Part shown: piece after piece, positions 40,791-54,884 of the stretch
How the letters are laid out: the number at the start of each line of letters is the position of its first letter
How positions within the stretch are numbered: the first letter of the stretch is position 1
NCBI GenBank assembly: GCA_964016885.1
Contig: OZ024740.1
Coordinates: 262,632,001 to 262,696,000, forward strand
Origin: Eledone cirrhosa
Taxonomy: Eukaryota
Direction of reading: 5' to 3'
Length of the DNA stretch: 64,000 nucleotides
The notes under the pieces: generated by a model
Databases searched by the model: none
Told to the model about the DNA's origin: nothing
The model's input: only the letters and a program-made list of their open reading frames with translations
Translations under genes and position numbers: made by a program

Positions 40791-40877
<87 letters not shown>

Positions 40878-41036
40878 CACTACTACTACTACTACTACTG
40901 ATGATGATGATGGTGATGCTGATGCTGTTGCTGCCGCTTCTTCTTCTTCTTCTTCTTCTTATTATTATTATTATTATTATTATCATTATTATTCTGCTGC
41001 TGCTGCTGCTGCTGCTACTACTGCCACTGCTGCCAC
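40761..41036. repeat. Compound trinucleotide microsatellite including self-complementary (CTA)n(TAG)n
   Basis: GCT, CTA, TAG, GAT, TCT and TTA runs are directly visible. Confidence 0.95.
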
Positions 41037-41761
41037 TTAAGCTCCATCAACGTTGAAAACAACACTGCAAAACAAAAGATGAATAAATAAAGAGTTCGAA
41101 ATTATAAAACGCTTGAAATTTCAGGAAATTAAGCTAAAAAGAGAATTCACACGTGTAGGTTATAGGGAATTGACATAAGCAATATTGTATTCAATATACA
41201 TACACGGTCATAATCATGTATATCTTGGGGCATTCTTATCTAGCCTCGTGCATCACCCGTTCCCTTCTCTCTTTCTTACCTTTTTGTGTGTATGAAACAT
41301 ATATATATATATATATATATATTTATATCCCTTATCCCAATCTCTTACTACTGATCTTGCCCAAAGCGGATCAGGAGAATATAGCCGCCCGTTTGACATT
41401 AATACATTAAAAATAAAAACAAGCATAAAAATGGGAGGACTGCAATAATTCATCGCCAGCTGGCGTTCTGTTAATGATCGAAGCAGCCACCTGCTTGCCT
41501 CTGGACATGCTGTACTGTCCACACTGAAGTAGTTGTCATTCACATCACAAACATTTTATCCTAGTTCGCTAGGAAAAATTTGAACAAAGTGTTGCAGCTA
41601 CAGGCAGTATTGAGAAACAAATACAACGAAATGAAGAGAAGAAAAAAGAGACGCAGGGAAGAAAAAAAGCAGAGAGACATAAGTTTCAGAGCATATATAT
41701 ATATATGAATCCTGGGTATATTTCAGCCCAGTCACAGTCTGATGAGGGAAACTAGGGACAA

Positions 41762-41794
<33 letters not shown>

Positions 41795-42364
41795 CGTGTG
41801 TGTGTCTGTGTATAAGTACATAAATATACGAATTTAGGGATAGTTAAACATATTTTGGTATACAAAAATCATAGCAATGTGACAGATATTAGAATGATAT
41901 ATTTTTTTTTAGATGTAAGGATTAATGGGGGGTGGGGTGGGTGGGGGAGATAAAATGTGTTTGGAATGATTTTGTACGAATATCCGTCAGTGGTACATAT
42001 AGATGAAACTAGTTCTAGTAGAATGATACATTTTGTCAAAGCCTTAGATCCTGTTCCGTTTCCTCAAATATTGAATGAATGTCAGCGTTAAGGAAAGCTC
42101 TGTGAGCATTATTGACAGCAGAGGTATTGATTTCCAAATGAACTGAGGTGAAATAGATGTATCCGTCACAGAAAAAATATATTATCGAAGAGTTCTCGAG
42201 GAGGTAGATTTAATCTACACAAAGTCTAAAACTTCATTGCTGATATATAGATGAGAGAGGGGATAAGCAGTTAGTCGAGAAAGTACAAATGCGTGGACAT
42301 CATCCTTAAAAGTGGAGTTCCAATATAGAATCTCTCTCTCCCCCTCTCTTTTTATATATATATA

Positions 42365-42680
42365 TATTTTTCTTTGCTTTTTGCATTTAAATAGTCCACG
42401 ACTCTCTACCACTTTTCCTCTACTACAATTTTCTGACACCACATTCTTCTTCCCACCCGTCTATTTTTCACTCCCACCTTAATACCTTCAATATGCCCAA
42501 TCTCAAATCTTTTCTCTAAAGAGATTTTTCCAATTCCAACCCGCCCGTCCCCTCAATCTGTCTTATTTCTCATTCTTTCTTCTGAAGAAGGACTAGCGTC
42601 CGAAACCTTAAGACGCTCTTCCTGCTATATCTCTTCCATATACTGTACCGATTGTGTTGTTATTTCTGTTTACTTTTTAC
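42365..42680 (+). mobile_element. Internally deleted mini-derivative of the 21442-25270 PLE, with mutated hammerhead at 42578-42613
   Basis: 42365-42517 matches reverse complement of 24891-25040; 42511-42680 matches reverse complement of 21442-21630. Contains TCTT-CTGAAGA-A-GGAC-tagc-GTCC-GAAAC. Confidence 0.85.
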
Positions 42681-42704
42681 ACACACACACACATACACAC
42701 ACAC

Positions 42705-42755
<51 letters not shown>

Positions 42756-44484
42756 ACTGCATAGATGCGTTATAGATATGTTTTAGTTCGGCCCTACGCT
42801 CGAAGTAGAACAGGCCGATGGTTGGGATGGGCAATGGTATTATCTGATGGACATGATATTGTCTGATATAAACATTAGAAATGTAGTAGGGTCATTGGGT
42901 GAACTTTTGCCATTGGAAATTCTGGCTTAACTCAAAATGTCTGTATTGCACTGGTTTTTTCTTGTTTGTGTGGGTCAATCCACGTGTGTTTCAGTTGAAA
43001 ACATAAATGGCGTAGGTCAGAGAACTATCAGACACGAAATCAAATTTTCACGCACATAGATTCACACATGTAAGTGTGAGGGTGGGGGTATATATATAAC
43101 AAGGAATTATAATTCTTGCAGCTATTTCTCAATGCATATATTTATTTCAATATGGTTCTACCTATTTATGTTGATAAATAAACTAAAAAATTAATCTGAC
43201 TTTCGAACGGTTGTTTAGTACTTGTTCTCCCGGCAACACCGACTTAAGTACACCATTCCGGTTATTTAGTGCAAATCTATTGGAAGAAATATAATTAGTA
43301 TTTATATATATCATATTTTAGCAATTCTCAATATATTACTAAATTAACTAAGAACAATGTATTTCGGACAGATCACAGGGATTTATTCAAAATAAGTGAA
43401 CGATACCTTTTTGTTGATCCTCTCAGGAGGTAATGCGGTAAGAATCTTCAAAATTTCATATGCTACGCAGCAAACACCCTTAGTGCAGGCGGTAGCTTGA
43501 GAATAAATTGTCCGAACAAAGTAGTAGTTTGAAATAAGTGTAGCTGTAATTAATAAGTATTACTTATTTCTTCTTTTACCTCTTTCAGCCGACTGGCTCA
43601 GACCATGCTGGGGCACTGTCATTGTCACGACACTTTTTATAGCCAACCTACCTTGGTTGGCCATTGTTGTATTGTATAAAAAGAAAATAATATACCCGTC
43701 TGTAAATGGTTGCTTTGTAATTGTTCTCTCTGCAGCAGCAGACATGACATATTACAAGACTTCGGTAATTTAGTTCAAATCGATTGGCAGAAATGTAATT
43801 ATTATTTTTATTTCATCTTTTACCAATTCTCAGTTTGTTACGAACTGGTTTACGTGTTTCAAAGGTGAACTGCGTTAATTATTTTATTTCTGTTATATTT
43901 TCTCTTTTATTACGTATATTGTTGCTAAAAATGTTGATGTATGCTGCTTAGCTCTTGGGTTGTCTAGATTCAAAAGTCCTATTTGCAAAAGAAACCTTTA
44001 ATGGTACTGTCATCTTTTCTTTTTTTAAAAGATGTTTGTATGTAATTTGATGGGATTTGTGTAGTTTTTCTTGAAGTTCGAGCGACCAAGTATAGATTCA
44101 TTTGTGAAATCGGTTTAGTTGTCGTAAATCTTATATTTACAAATATTGTAGCTTTCTCGGGAAAATTGTGTAGCTGCAGTTGAAATTTAGTGAGAATTAT
44201 AGTGTAAACATAGTCCGAGAAAGAATTGCAAACAGTTGTAGCTTTAAGGAGAGTACGTTATATTTAGTATGTACGATATATTTAGTATGGACGTAGGGAA
44301 CGACATAAAACAAGTGTGAAAACAGAATGGGACCGTGTCGAGTTATTTTTGAAGTAAAATGTATAGTTTTCAACTTTCAATGATCCGATGGTGTTGAAGT
44401 AATATATGAGAAATCATTAGACGACGCTGGCTTATGTATGAGATAATCAATCTTTCAGGGTGGAAATTAAAATAGTTTTACTGA

Positions 44485-44720
44485 GGGTGCATGGCTTAGT
44501 GGTTAGGAAGCTGGTGTCATCATTGTAACATTGTGAGTTCGGTTCCCAGATCGAGTCGCTTGTTCTGTTTTGAGGAAAACTTTTCATTTCATGTTGTTCC
44601 AGCCTATTCAGCGGGACAAATGAATTGCGACGACACTGGGGTCAGGCTGTATCCGCCTTTGCCTTACCATTGGTCAACGCCGATGAAGTGGAAAACTTGC
44701 TTGCACGAGCGACTGTTGGT
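44485..44720 (+). mobile_element. Second tRNA-derived SINE family, diverged
   Basis: A box TGGCTTAGTGG and B-box-like GAGTTCGGTTCC with tRNA-like spacing. Confidence 0.55.
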
Positions 44721-45578
44721 TCTTCACAAAATATCGTGCCCAGGCTTGTGCTTCGGAGAATTAAATGCATGGTCAATCAATCATGGGTAATCTTTTCTTG
44801 TTTGAAATATTAATATACGTAGCAATTTTTATCTCTTGTGCAAAGAATGTGTGCATGGGATTATTTGAAGGCAGAAAGCACGAATAAACATCCGTATGAA
44901 CTCATTCGCCAGTAATGGAAACTCTGACCTGAATTGTACCGGAGAGGCTTAGAGCTACGGAAACGAAGACGATTTCTGAAAACCATCAACAGCAAAACCT
45001 CCTAGAATATGTAAACTATACCAAGACATTTTAAAAGTCATGTAGCTAGCAGAAAAATACTACACATTCCGAAAAGGCGTAGACATTTAAGGATATTGAG
45101 GGATTTCAATAACAACAGCTCAACATTCAATAACACACAAGCTCTCTTGCTCATTCCTTTAAATTAACTCCTTACTTCTAAATCCATCTAGCGTCAAGAA
45201 ATAGATGTAATCGTTGGATGCCGCAACGTCTTAACTCACTTTTCCTCCATCTACAATGATGCCAATGCATGCAGCTACTTGACTTTTGCACAATACTCAC
45301 ATCAACACTGTTGAGTTAACTTAGAAATGTGTGCATAAATTCATTTGCTCTACACAAATTCCTAAACGACACACCACCACTCTCTCGTGTGATGTATTTT
45401 CCGGTTCCTGCCTCTTGCCTTTACCTAAATCCCATACATTTACCGGTTTCTTATTTCTTACTACTTGTGCATTTTAATCGATTAGAAATAATGCTTAGAT
45501 GAACTAAGAGTAGTGTCTACGATCAGAATTATATAATCATATCGCTCTCATTCTCTGTATGTCTGTCTGTTTCTCTCT

Positions 45579-45691
<113 letters not shown>

Positions 45692-45808
45692 ATTACAAAG
45701 TCATATCTTTGTGAGTAACTATGACTGTTCAAACATGCATACATATCTAATGACAGTCTGAATTTGCATGTAAAACAGATGTCTAAATTTAGTTCGACTT
45801 GAGCCCTT

Positions 45809-46310
45809 CTAAATCCGTATTGCATTGACAAACATTACACGCTGGTATTTATTGTTGCCATACCAAGAGTTTGCTTTATTAGACTTCTTAATTCGTTCTG
45901 TTTTATTCCAGAATTTGCTTCTATACATGGGACAATTTCCATGTATAATCATTTTTTCTATAATCTTTGCCCATTTGGCTCTCTGATTGTAGCCCGAAAA
46001 TGTCATGCAGTTGTTCAAGTCTCTTTCTAAATCTTTAGAATTGAACATACGAGACACATACCTCACCACTCTCACTAAATCCGCAAACAGTATGTTAACT
46101 TTCATGTTATCCGAGACGGCTGAGTTTCGGTAGATCAGGTACTTGAAGGTCGTGGGTTTAGCATAATGCGAATGGATGATTTGTGTTTTATTACTAATGG
46201 TTTCTAACCAAAGTTCTGTGTCCAGTACAGGTAATCTATGGTTGGGGTGTTTGATTGGGTAGACTATGGTAACTTTAATACTCTGACGAAATAGCTTTGA
46301 CAATATACAA
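45809..46310 (-). pseudogene. PLE RT thumb/linker fragment
   Basis: SIKVT..RLPVLDTELW..HSHYAKPT..YLIYRNSA..SGY resembles the PLE post-YxDD region. Confidence 0.6.
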
Positions 46311-46507
46311 ATAAAGAACCACCCGGCTATTAAACAAACCAACTGGAAATTTGTAATAAACTAAAGTGAAGAGCAACAGGTGTGTGTGTTTTTATTGGCT
46401 GCATCCCCAAGTATAACAATATATTGGCTGCATCCCCAAGTATATATATATACAAATCACAATATATATATACATATCAGTTAATTTGGTCTTTAAAAGA
46501 TAATAAT

Positions 46508-46680
46508 TGTTTCTACTTTAGGCACAAGGCTAGCAATTACCCAGTGCATTACTGGTACTTTATTTTATCGACCCCGTAAGGATGAAAGGCAAAGTCAACC
46601 TCGGCGGGATTTCAACTCAGATCGTAAAGGGACGTAACTATGCTGGAAAGCATGGCGTCCGACCCTCTACCTATACTGCC
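46508..46680 (-). mobile_element. SINE copy with 13-bp TSD
   Basis: AAAAGATAATAAT at 46495-46507 and 46681-46693. Confidence 0.92.
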
Positions 46681-47367
46681 AAAAGATAATAATACAGACT
46701 ATTCAATCTCTTGGAGAAAATTTACGAAAATTTATGAAAATTCGGCACTCTCACGAATTAGTCATCTCTGTATTGAAGAAACCTTTCACATAATTACCAA
46801 TCCTGATAATATTATTTGTTTACATCGCTTCTCCAGGACATTTCACAATGTTTATAATCTGTAGAATCTACTATATTATGTTCTATATAAGTTGCCTATT
46901 TACAATATAAATACAAATATTTTAAATTTAATACATAGAACCATTTCTTATACGATGTAAAAAACTATTATCAAAACCATATTTACTATATGGTGTTCTG
47001 AAATATTATATAAATTATTTACTTATAATATAAATTAGAATCAATAATTATGGTAATCATTAGATGAAACAATATATTATTAAATGTTTATCGTAAGTAT
47101 ACATTTAACATATTCTTTAAAATACTAATTCTTAGATATATCTCCCCCAAAATGTTTTTGTTTACAATCAAAATTCATATATACGATATATTTCAACTTG
47201 CGTAACTGTTTAAATATTATATTACTAACCATATGCAATAATAGATTATACCACAATACTGTAACACATTTTTACTTTAAAAATATAATTAGTTTCACAT
47301 TCTTAAAATATATGCATAAAATACATATCTATAGTTACTTGATCTCCCTTACGCTCATTTATATATA

Positions 47368-47401
<34 letters not shown>

Positions 47402-47959
47402 CTTAAATACGATGTATATTCACTCAGATAACCACATACATATTGTATTGTTGTAATTGTTTTAAAGAATAATAATTTATAATTTGCTACAATATATTAT
47501 AATTCTCATAAAAATATTATAAATACATCCATATTCTTAAAACATATATTTAAAAAAGAAAGTATAATTATGTGATTTCTTCTAAACTCATGTATGTATC
47601 TGTTGGTGTATACATCTATAACTAACTCTAAAATAAGTCTACAATAAATTTTCACCCTATAATAACAAACCCTTAAACAATACAAATAAGGATTTTTAAA
47701 AAATTCATCAAGTGTTTAAATTTAACGGCTTTTTTCAGGCTTAACGTATCCTCATTAACATATGCCCCTTCTGTTTTGAATTTTTCAGTCACTATCTTCA
47801 TTGGACTTATACCATTAAGTTCACATGAAGATTTGTCACTATCTTAACACCAAATATTATATTTCATTTCACGAAAGCGTACTTAAATATTAGTAACCTT
47901 GAAATACGTAAAATAAAATAACATGGTTTTATAAAGACATTTTCCATTTATTAAGAGTC

Positions 47960-48099
<140 letters not shown>

Positions 48100-48234
48100 T
48101 GAGAATCAGTTTGAGAATCAGATAAATAATGGCGTCAGGTCCATAACTTTTATGCATGAACCCGGGCCAATCCTCTGCGGAACGCGCATAACAATTAAAA
48201 ACTAAATGTAGACGAACTTTTTCATTTATATATA

Positions 48235-50836
48235 TATATGTAGATAAATCTACCAAAATATACGGTAGTGTCCAATCCGTATGAAGAACTCAATGTAATC
48301 CAAATATCATGAAAAGAGAAGATGCATTCAAAAATTTTCGATGAAAATCATAGGAATACAGAGTCAAGATAAATTAATAAAAACAATGAAATAAAAACAA
48401 AGAACAAGTTACTTATATTAAAAGATTCATCATTTTACGATCGTTTCTAGGATGTATATGTGTGTTAGTATGTATATCATACAGATCTATGTAAAAATAT
48501 TACAAATTATCAGAGGAAATATACATACCTTCACATATACATGCTGTCTTCAGAAATGATGAGATTTGTTTATTGAAAAAACCAACAAAGATTTAATATA
48601 AAAGCTCTGTTTGGAAACAGATTTTGAATTGACCAATAGAAAAGTAGTTAGAGGTCAAATTGATAGAATAGTGGTAGTAGAAATTTAATTTAGGGGTAGA
48701 AGAGTGCAGACATATGTTTTGAATGAAAAGAATACTTTGGGGATGAAAAGAGGTCAAGCCAGTGAAGGGTACACGAACATTTGATGTTATTAAAGAATAA
48801 TGTTAAAAGGGAAGGAAAATAAAATGTTAAGGTAAGGGGAATAGTGAGAAATACCTATCTTATTTAAACCACAACGAATCTAGATCTATAACAAGAAATT
48901 AAATTAATTGATAGGTATACTTATAAGGATCAATTTAGATTAATTCATATGAATGTGATAAATAAGAATTAGATGTTATTAAAGAGTGTTAAAAAACGAA
49001 GGAAAGTAGAGTAAAAGTAGAGTAAAATTTTGGGATAAGGGTAGTAGTGAGAAATACCAATCTTATATAAACTACAAGGAATCTAGATTCATAACAAGAA
49101 ATTAAATTAATTTATAGGTATACTTTTAGGTATCAATTTTAGGAAAAGAGAGCTGTAAGAGGGAAATAAAATTATGAAGTTCTCTATAGTAAAGTACTAA
49201 TTATAGGTTAAATTAAAAAAACTAATTATAATAATATGTAAAATATAAGTGTAAGGTGTATATTAATTAGGTTTATAATATTTGAAGGTTCTTCTAATTC
49301 TATGATTGCAAGATATAATTAATTCCTGTCGCTTATTTAATAGGATATCCTTAGATTTCATGATTTCGAAAAGTTCCTGGGAGCATAACCTACACTCGTA
49401 TCTGTTATTTTGATAAGGGGTGGCCCTTTTGAGCACACTCCCGGTCAGTTTGTAATCGATATTCTTATTTCTATAATTATTAATTGTTTCAGCCAAGGAT
49501 GTTGTATTAGTTAATGTGGCATTTTAAAAACTATGTTTGTGGGTATTAAATCTTACTTTAAATTGGCTAGACGTAGCTCCTATATATGAATAAGTGGAGT
49601 CCTTAGTGCTAATTTTACATTTATATGTTATTAATAAGATAATTTCCCTTTAATGGGCAACTTCTTTTCATTCTACAATTACAACAATTCATGAATATTA
49701 TATCAGGGGATTTAGTCAAATTTGGTGTGGTATTTACTCGACTTGTTATAGGTGAATGAGATGGTGGTTTGTTACGGTTTATTTTAGTATTATGGTTGGT
49801 TTGATGTGTTGGTGGTATATTTGTGGGTTTTTTTTACATTTATATGCGTCGTACGCACTTATATTTTGTTGTAGATTTTTGGTAGTGAAGTAGGAAAATT
49901 TGACAGTTGATCTATTGAAAATTTGATGGTATTTATGGTTTGGCGAGAAATTTTTCTCTAGGCTAATAAAACATTTTTTAGGGATATTATCTTTAATTTG
50001 TAGATTAAATGGATCATTATACCAAGTAACACGTCTATTACGGTTTCGATATTGTTTTTTATATTTATACGATGTATTAGGATGTTTACTAAGATAGTTA
50101 CTATTAGTGAATGTATTATATATAGGTTTAGTTAGATTAACTGATTTAGGTGTTTTAGTCTGATTACTAGATAAATTTTGTTAGTAATGTTGTTAACATA
50201 TATTGGAATATTAGGATGAATGGTTTTTTGAAAGTCATATTTTATGTGAGAAGAGGTAGAGAAATTAAGTTTTAGATTGGTAATTTGGGCGGAATCACTA
50301 GAGCCCATAGTAATGTCGATGAGATTACTATATGTATTTTTGGTACAGTATTCCTTCTAAAATTCCAGTAGTGGAATTTTAGAAGGAATACTGGGCCAGA
50401 AATACACATAGTAATCTCTTCGACTCTAATATGGGCTCTAGTAATCTCTTCGACTCTAATATCCGCCCCAATTACCGATCTTGTGGGCCTCTTTCTTCTA
50501 TTTGACATTAATTCATCTTTTCCCCCACCTTAAAGGTGGTTTATATCGTGATGACTGTCTTCTTCTTTCCACTAATCTTAGACTATCAGAAATTGAAAAA
50601 AATAAAAAAACTTATTAGAACTTTCCTCCTCAAAGACTGTTACAATCTCACTATTACATTTGAAACCACCAGTAAAATAGTCAATTTCCTAGATATAACT
50701 TTAGACCTATCTACGGGTATCTACAAACCTTACCATAAACCTAACAAAAACTTACATTACATACACTCACAATCCAATCACCCTAGATCTATCCTTAAAA
50801 ACCTAGCATATAATATCTCACTCAGAATCTCTAACC

Positions 50837-50840
<4 letters not shown>
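48235..50840 (-). mobile_element. Penelope-like element with 3' pseudo-LTR and inverted 5' RT segment
   Basis: Minus strand: RRVTWYN (~50020-50040), YIGAT, CRLCSQE, LNKRQELIISCNH (49263-49496). Plus strand 50371-50840: TDLVGLFLL, GGLYRDD, VNFLDITL, SNHP. (TA)n at both ends. Confidence 0.85.
48427..48562 (-). ncRNA. Type I hammerhead with ~100-nt stem II extension, intact core
   Basis: TCATCATTT-CTGAAGA-(ATGTATATGTG..CACATATACAT stem)-GAA-ACGATCGT-A-AAATGATGA; perfect 9-bp stem I; GUA triplet. Confidence 0.75.
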
Positions 50841-50882
<42 letters not shown>

Positions 50883-51721
50883 GAAAACGAAAAATCAGTG
50901 ATGCATCTTAACTAAATTAATTGTGTGTTACAATTGTTTCGCCGGCGGAGAGCTCGAGACGTGATCATTGCGTGGATCTGTTTGATTCTGGACCCGCATG
51001 TTCGACGGACATGGCTAATGATTTCGGAGCATATTCTCTCATCGTCAAAGTTTTTGACGGTACTGGGTCAGTACCGTCAAAAACTTCATCCTCTTCGCGT
51101 GTCCTGTGATTGGCCGTTGCTTGTCTACGTCATCATAATTCTGACCACAGGTACCAGTCCGCTGACCATCAGAGCGATGTCAGTCCCATGTCTGCTACAC
51201 TTCAATAAATTACTACTGTCTTTGGTAGTTTACACATCCACGCGCGCACTCACACACACACACATAATCACACACACAAATAGGTAACGACAGTCGTACG
51301 CATAGACTCCCTCTATACACACATTTAAGGAGAACATATAAACATATAAACATACGCATGCATCCAGAGAGGTACGTACATACACAGACACATGCCCACA
51401 TGCCTATATACATCAACATACACACACGTACATGTATGCATACACATGCATACGCGTATATATACCCTTACACGCAAACACGTACAGACATATACATATA
51501 TCCCCCCCCCCCCCCTTTCGCCCCCACACACACACACACATACACACACTTACCCATATACATATATACACTCGCTCGTAAACACACATATATATAGACA
51601 AACAAGCCGTTTCCCTACACGGGTGCTTGTACACACACACACACACACTGGCTCATATACACTCCTACAAATATCTGCATATTCACATACACACTCACGC
51701 ACGCATAAATATATATATTCT

Positions 51722-54665
51722 AATCTATTCTAGGGCGAGTAAAATTTCCGAGATCCATGAATGAGTGCTCTCCAGCCGTCTCTGTTCCTCATTATCGCTG
51801 CCATGTCCTACGTCTCCAACAGAACAGCGTCAGTCCTTATGGCATCAACATACGTTAACCTTGGTCTTCCCCTTCCAGTGTGTCCATGTAGGGGCTCCCA
51901 CAGGAGCACTGAGTGCAATAACAACTCTGGATGTCAGTGAGCATGTCCAGCTAACCCCAGTCCCCTCTGTGTCACTTTTGAGCTGACTTTTGGGAGCCTC
52001 CCATACAACGCTGAGTTTTTCATCCTCAGTGTATACTGATTAATGTTCAGAGCCATCCTCAGCATTCTCGTCTAGCACCCATCCACCATCTGAGTGAGTT
52101 TTTTGGTCAGTGTCCAAGTCTCAGACCTGTACAGCAGCACAGACTCCACTACAGCAATGAAGAGGCGGATTTTCAGGTCTTTACGAATGTCCGACTTCCA
52201 CACCAATCTCAAGCTGTGGCACGCCGCCCAAGCTTTGCTCTTCCTCTCAACCACATCATCTTCCGTATTCCCAAACTTTGCTCCCAAATACAGGAAGTCC
52301 CCAACAAATTCTAGCGGCTCCCGCCTACATTAGTGATCCCCTCTCGCTTCTCAACATTCTCTACCAGATATTTTGTTTTAGTCTCATTCATTCTCATCCC
52401 CACACTCATCGACACAGTCTCAACCTCCTGCATCAAACCCCTGCCTCCTTCACTGTATTTGTCACCAAACTATGTCGTCAGAAAATTCAGCATCTGATAT
52501 ATTTTTCGCCTTATCTCTTCTGATCTGAGCCGGTGCTACAGTAAAGCCAGAGTCCTGGTGTTTCTCCAGTGCAAGGTGCATACAATAGTCCACTATGATG
52601 ATAAAAAAGTAGGGAGCCAATGTATCTCCCTGAAGCACTCCAGCCAGTATCTCAAAGAACTCTGTCATCCAATCAGGTGTAATGACTTGGGCTATGGTGT
52701 AGAGCAGGGATACCAGGACAACTAACTTCTTAGGGATTCCATAAGCCTGTAAGATCTTCATCAGTCAGTGACGGTCCACAGAATCAAAGGCCTTCCTAAA
52801 GTCAATGAAAACGATGACCACAGAAAGCACGTTGCTCTAGCTCCGTCTAATATCCCCCTCAGCATCAGCATGTGACTGGTGGTTGAGCTTCCCTCTCTGA
52901 AGCCGTTCTGGTTGTCCCTGAGCTTCTTCGCCATCTCAGGCTGGATCCTGTTAAGAATCATCCTATTGATGGTCTTTGCCACAAGTGACGTCAGTGAGAT
53001 CCCCCTGTAGTTGTTGGTGTTAGAGAGATCTCCCATTTTTGGCACTGGGACGATGTCACTAATCCCCCACTGATTCGGGGCAACTCCTTTCTCCAGTGCC
53101 TGGTTACAGAACCCCAGGATGATATCATGAAAACCACACCTCTTCATCACCTCTGATGCCACTTCATCTTCTAAAGGAGCCTTGCCCTCCTTGATCTTCT
53201 TCTTGGCTCTCTGAAGCTCCTCTCCGGTGAAGGGCTCTGTCTCAATATCCAGTTCTTCAAACAACCGCCTGATTTCCCCAGTGCTCTGGGCTGTGGAGGG
53301 TGGCTCTCCTAGTAGAGTCCTAAAATGGTCTAGCCATTTCCTCCTCCCATCCTCGGACACTGTTCCCTGGATCTGACTCGAACACCTTCTCTTCCTCCCT
53401 GTGATATCGTTGATGATCATCCAGCTCTCCTTACATCCAGACCTGTAGACCGCTCTATCCACACTTCTGATATTCTCTATCAGTGCCTCCGCTCTGGCCT
53501 CAGTGTAAGCGGTACATAGTTCTTCCCTCATGAACTCCACAGTCTCCATCCTCTCCTCCGTAGGATCAGCATATAATTGGTCCTTGGCAGTTTTCAGGTG
53601 TTCTCTGGCTACACACACTTTCGGGTCTGCAGAGCTGACGTGCTTCTTTTTGTTCTTTCTCCCCGGCACCAGGGTCTCACTTGCTTCCGCCACTGCATTG
53701 GTGAAGTGCCCGTACCTCCTCGTGACACTCTCCTCAGTCCATCAATCTCTCTCTCCTCTGTCTCTCCACACACAGCACTGAACCTGTTCTTCACTTCTAC
53801 TGTGAACCTCTCTTCTAGCCTATCATCTTCCTTGAAACCTCCCCAGTCATAGATTGCTCTCCGGGGCTGAGCCTTGCTCTTTCTTAAGCTCACCCGGACC
53901 TCACTCATAACCAACCGGTGGTCACTACCCAGTGTACTGAAATAGTTGTACGGTTCTGTGTTCAGAACACTATTCCGACAGTTTTTCTTCCCCAGTATGT
54001 AATCAATCTGGGACTTGAACAGGTGCATATTTGAGATGTAGGTCCACATCTTCCCCGGATTCTTCCTAAACCTTAGGTTGGTCGCTAACAAGTTCGCCCC
54101 CAGCAGGGTGTCTCTCAGTAGTCTTCCATTTCGGTTGGTATTGTTATGGAAGTACCAGCAAGGATCTTCACTACCCTCCTTACTCAGATGTGCATTGAAG
54201 TCCCCCAAAACAAGCAGGATGTTGGTGCTTGTGTGGTGTTGACAGCTCTACACACCTCCTCATAGAACTCTTCCGCACTCACATCACTGTCTCCCTCGGT
54301 TGGACTATAGGCTGATATGACTCTCAGTCTTGGGTTTCCATTGAATGTCACCCTCAACACTCGCGGGGAGACAGGTATTATTTCCCTCACCAATAGACTG
54401 TTTTTTTGTGCTGAAAACAAAACCCACTCCTCCGACTGCAGCATTGGTCATGTTCCTCACTGCCGATGTCGTGATGAGCTGGCTCATCTTCCCAATCATC
54501 ACACTCCTCACGGGCTCATCGTGTAGGATCCTGTGTTCTTGGATCGCAAGTATCTGTATACACTCTCCTCGAACAGATGTCCGAATTCCTCTCTCTTCTC
54601 CAACGTCCGAATAGTCCTCACGTTCAAAGTGCCCATTTTGATGGCTCTTCCGCAGGACAGAACTG
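51722..54665 (-). mobile_element. RTE-type non-LTR retrotransposon, near full length, frameshifted (APE endonuclease + RT)
   Basis: MGTLNVRT, GVGF, ISAYSPT, MGDFNAH, QIDYIL, SDHRLV (APE); NYRGISLTS, QNGFR, GVLQGDTLAPYFF, FSDDI, ESVLLY.SETWTLTK (RTE-like RT and C-terminus). Confidence 0.9.
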
Positions 54666-54790
54666 CATTCTTTATATTTGTCTCAGAGACATAAATACAA
54701 TATACACACAAAGTCATATAAAGATACACAATGGGTCTTACATGAAAGGATACATCTTGTTATAAACATGTACATACATAGAAAATACAT

Positions 54791-54821
<31 letters not shown>

Positions 54822-54884
54822 CATTACATATATATATATATACATATATATAAAAAAGTATAAAATATATTAAAAATATATATA

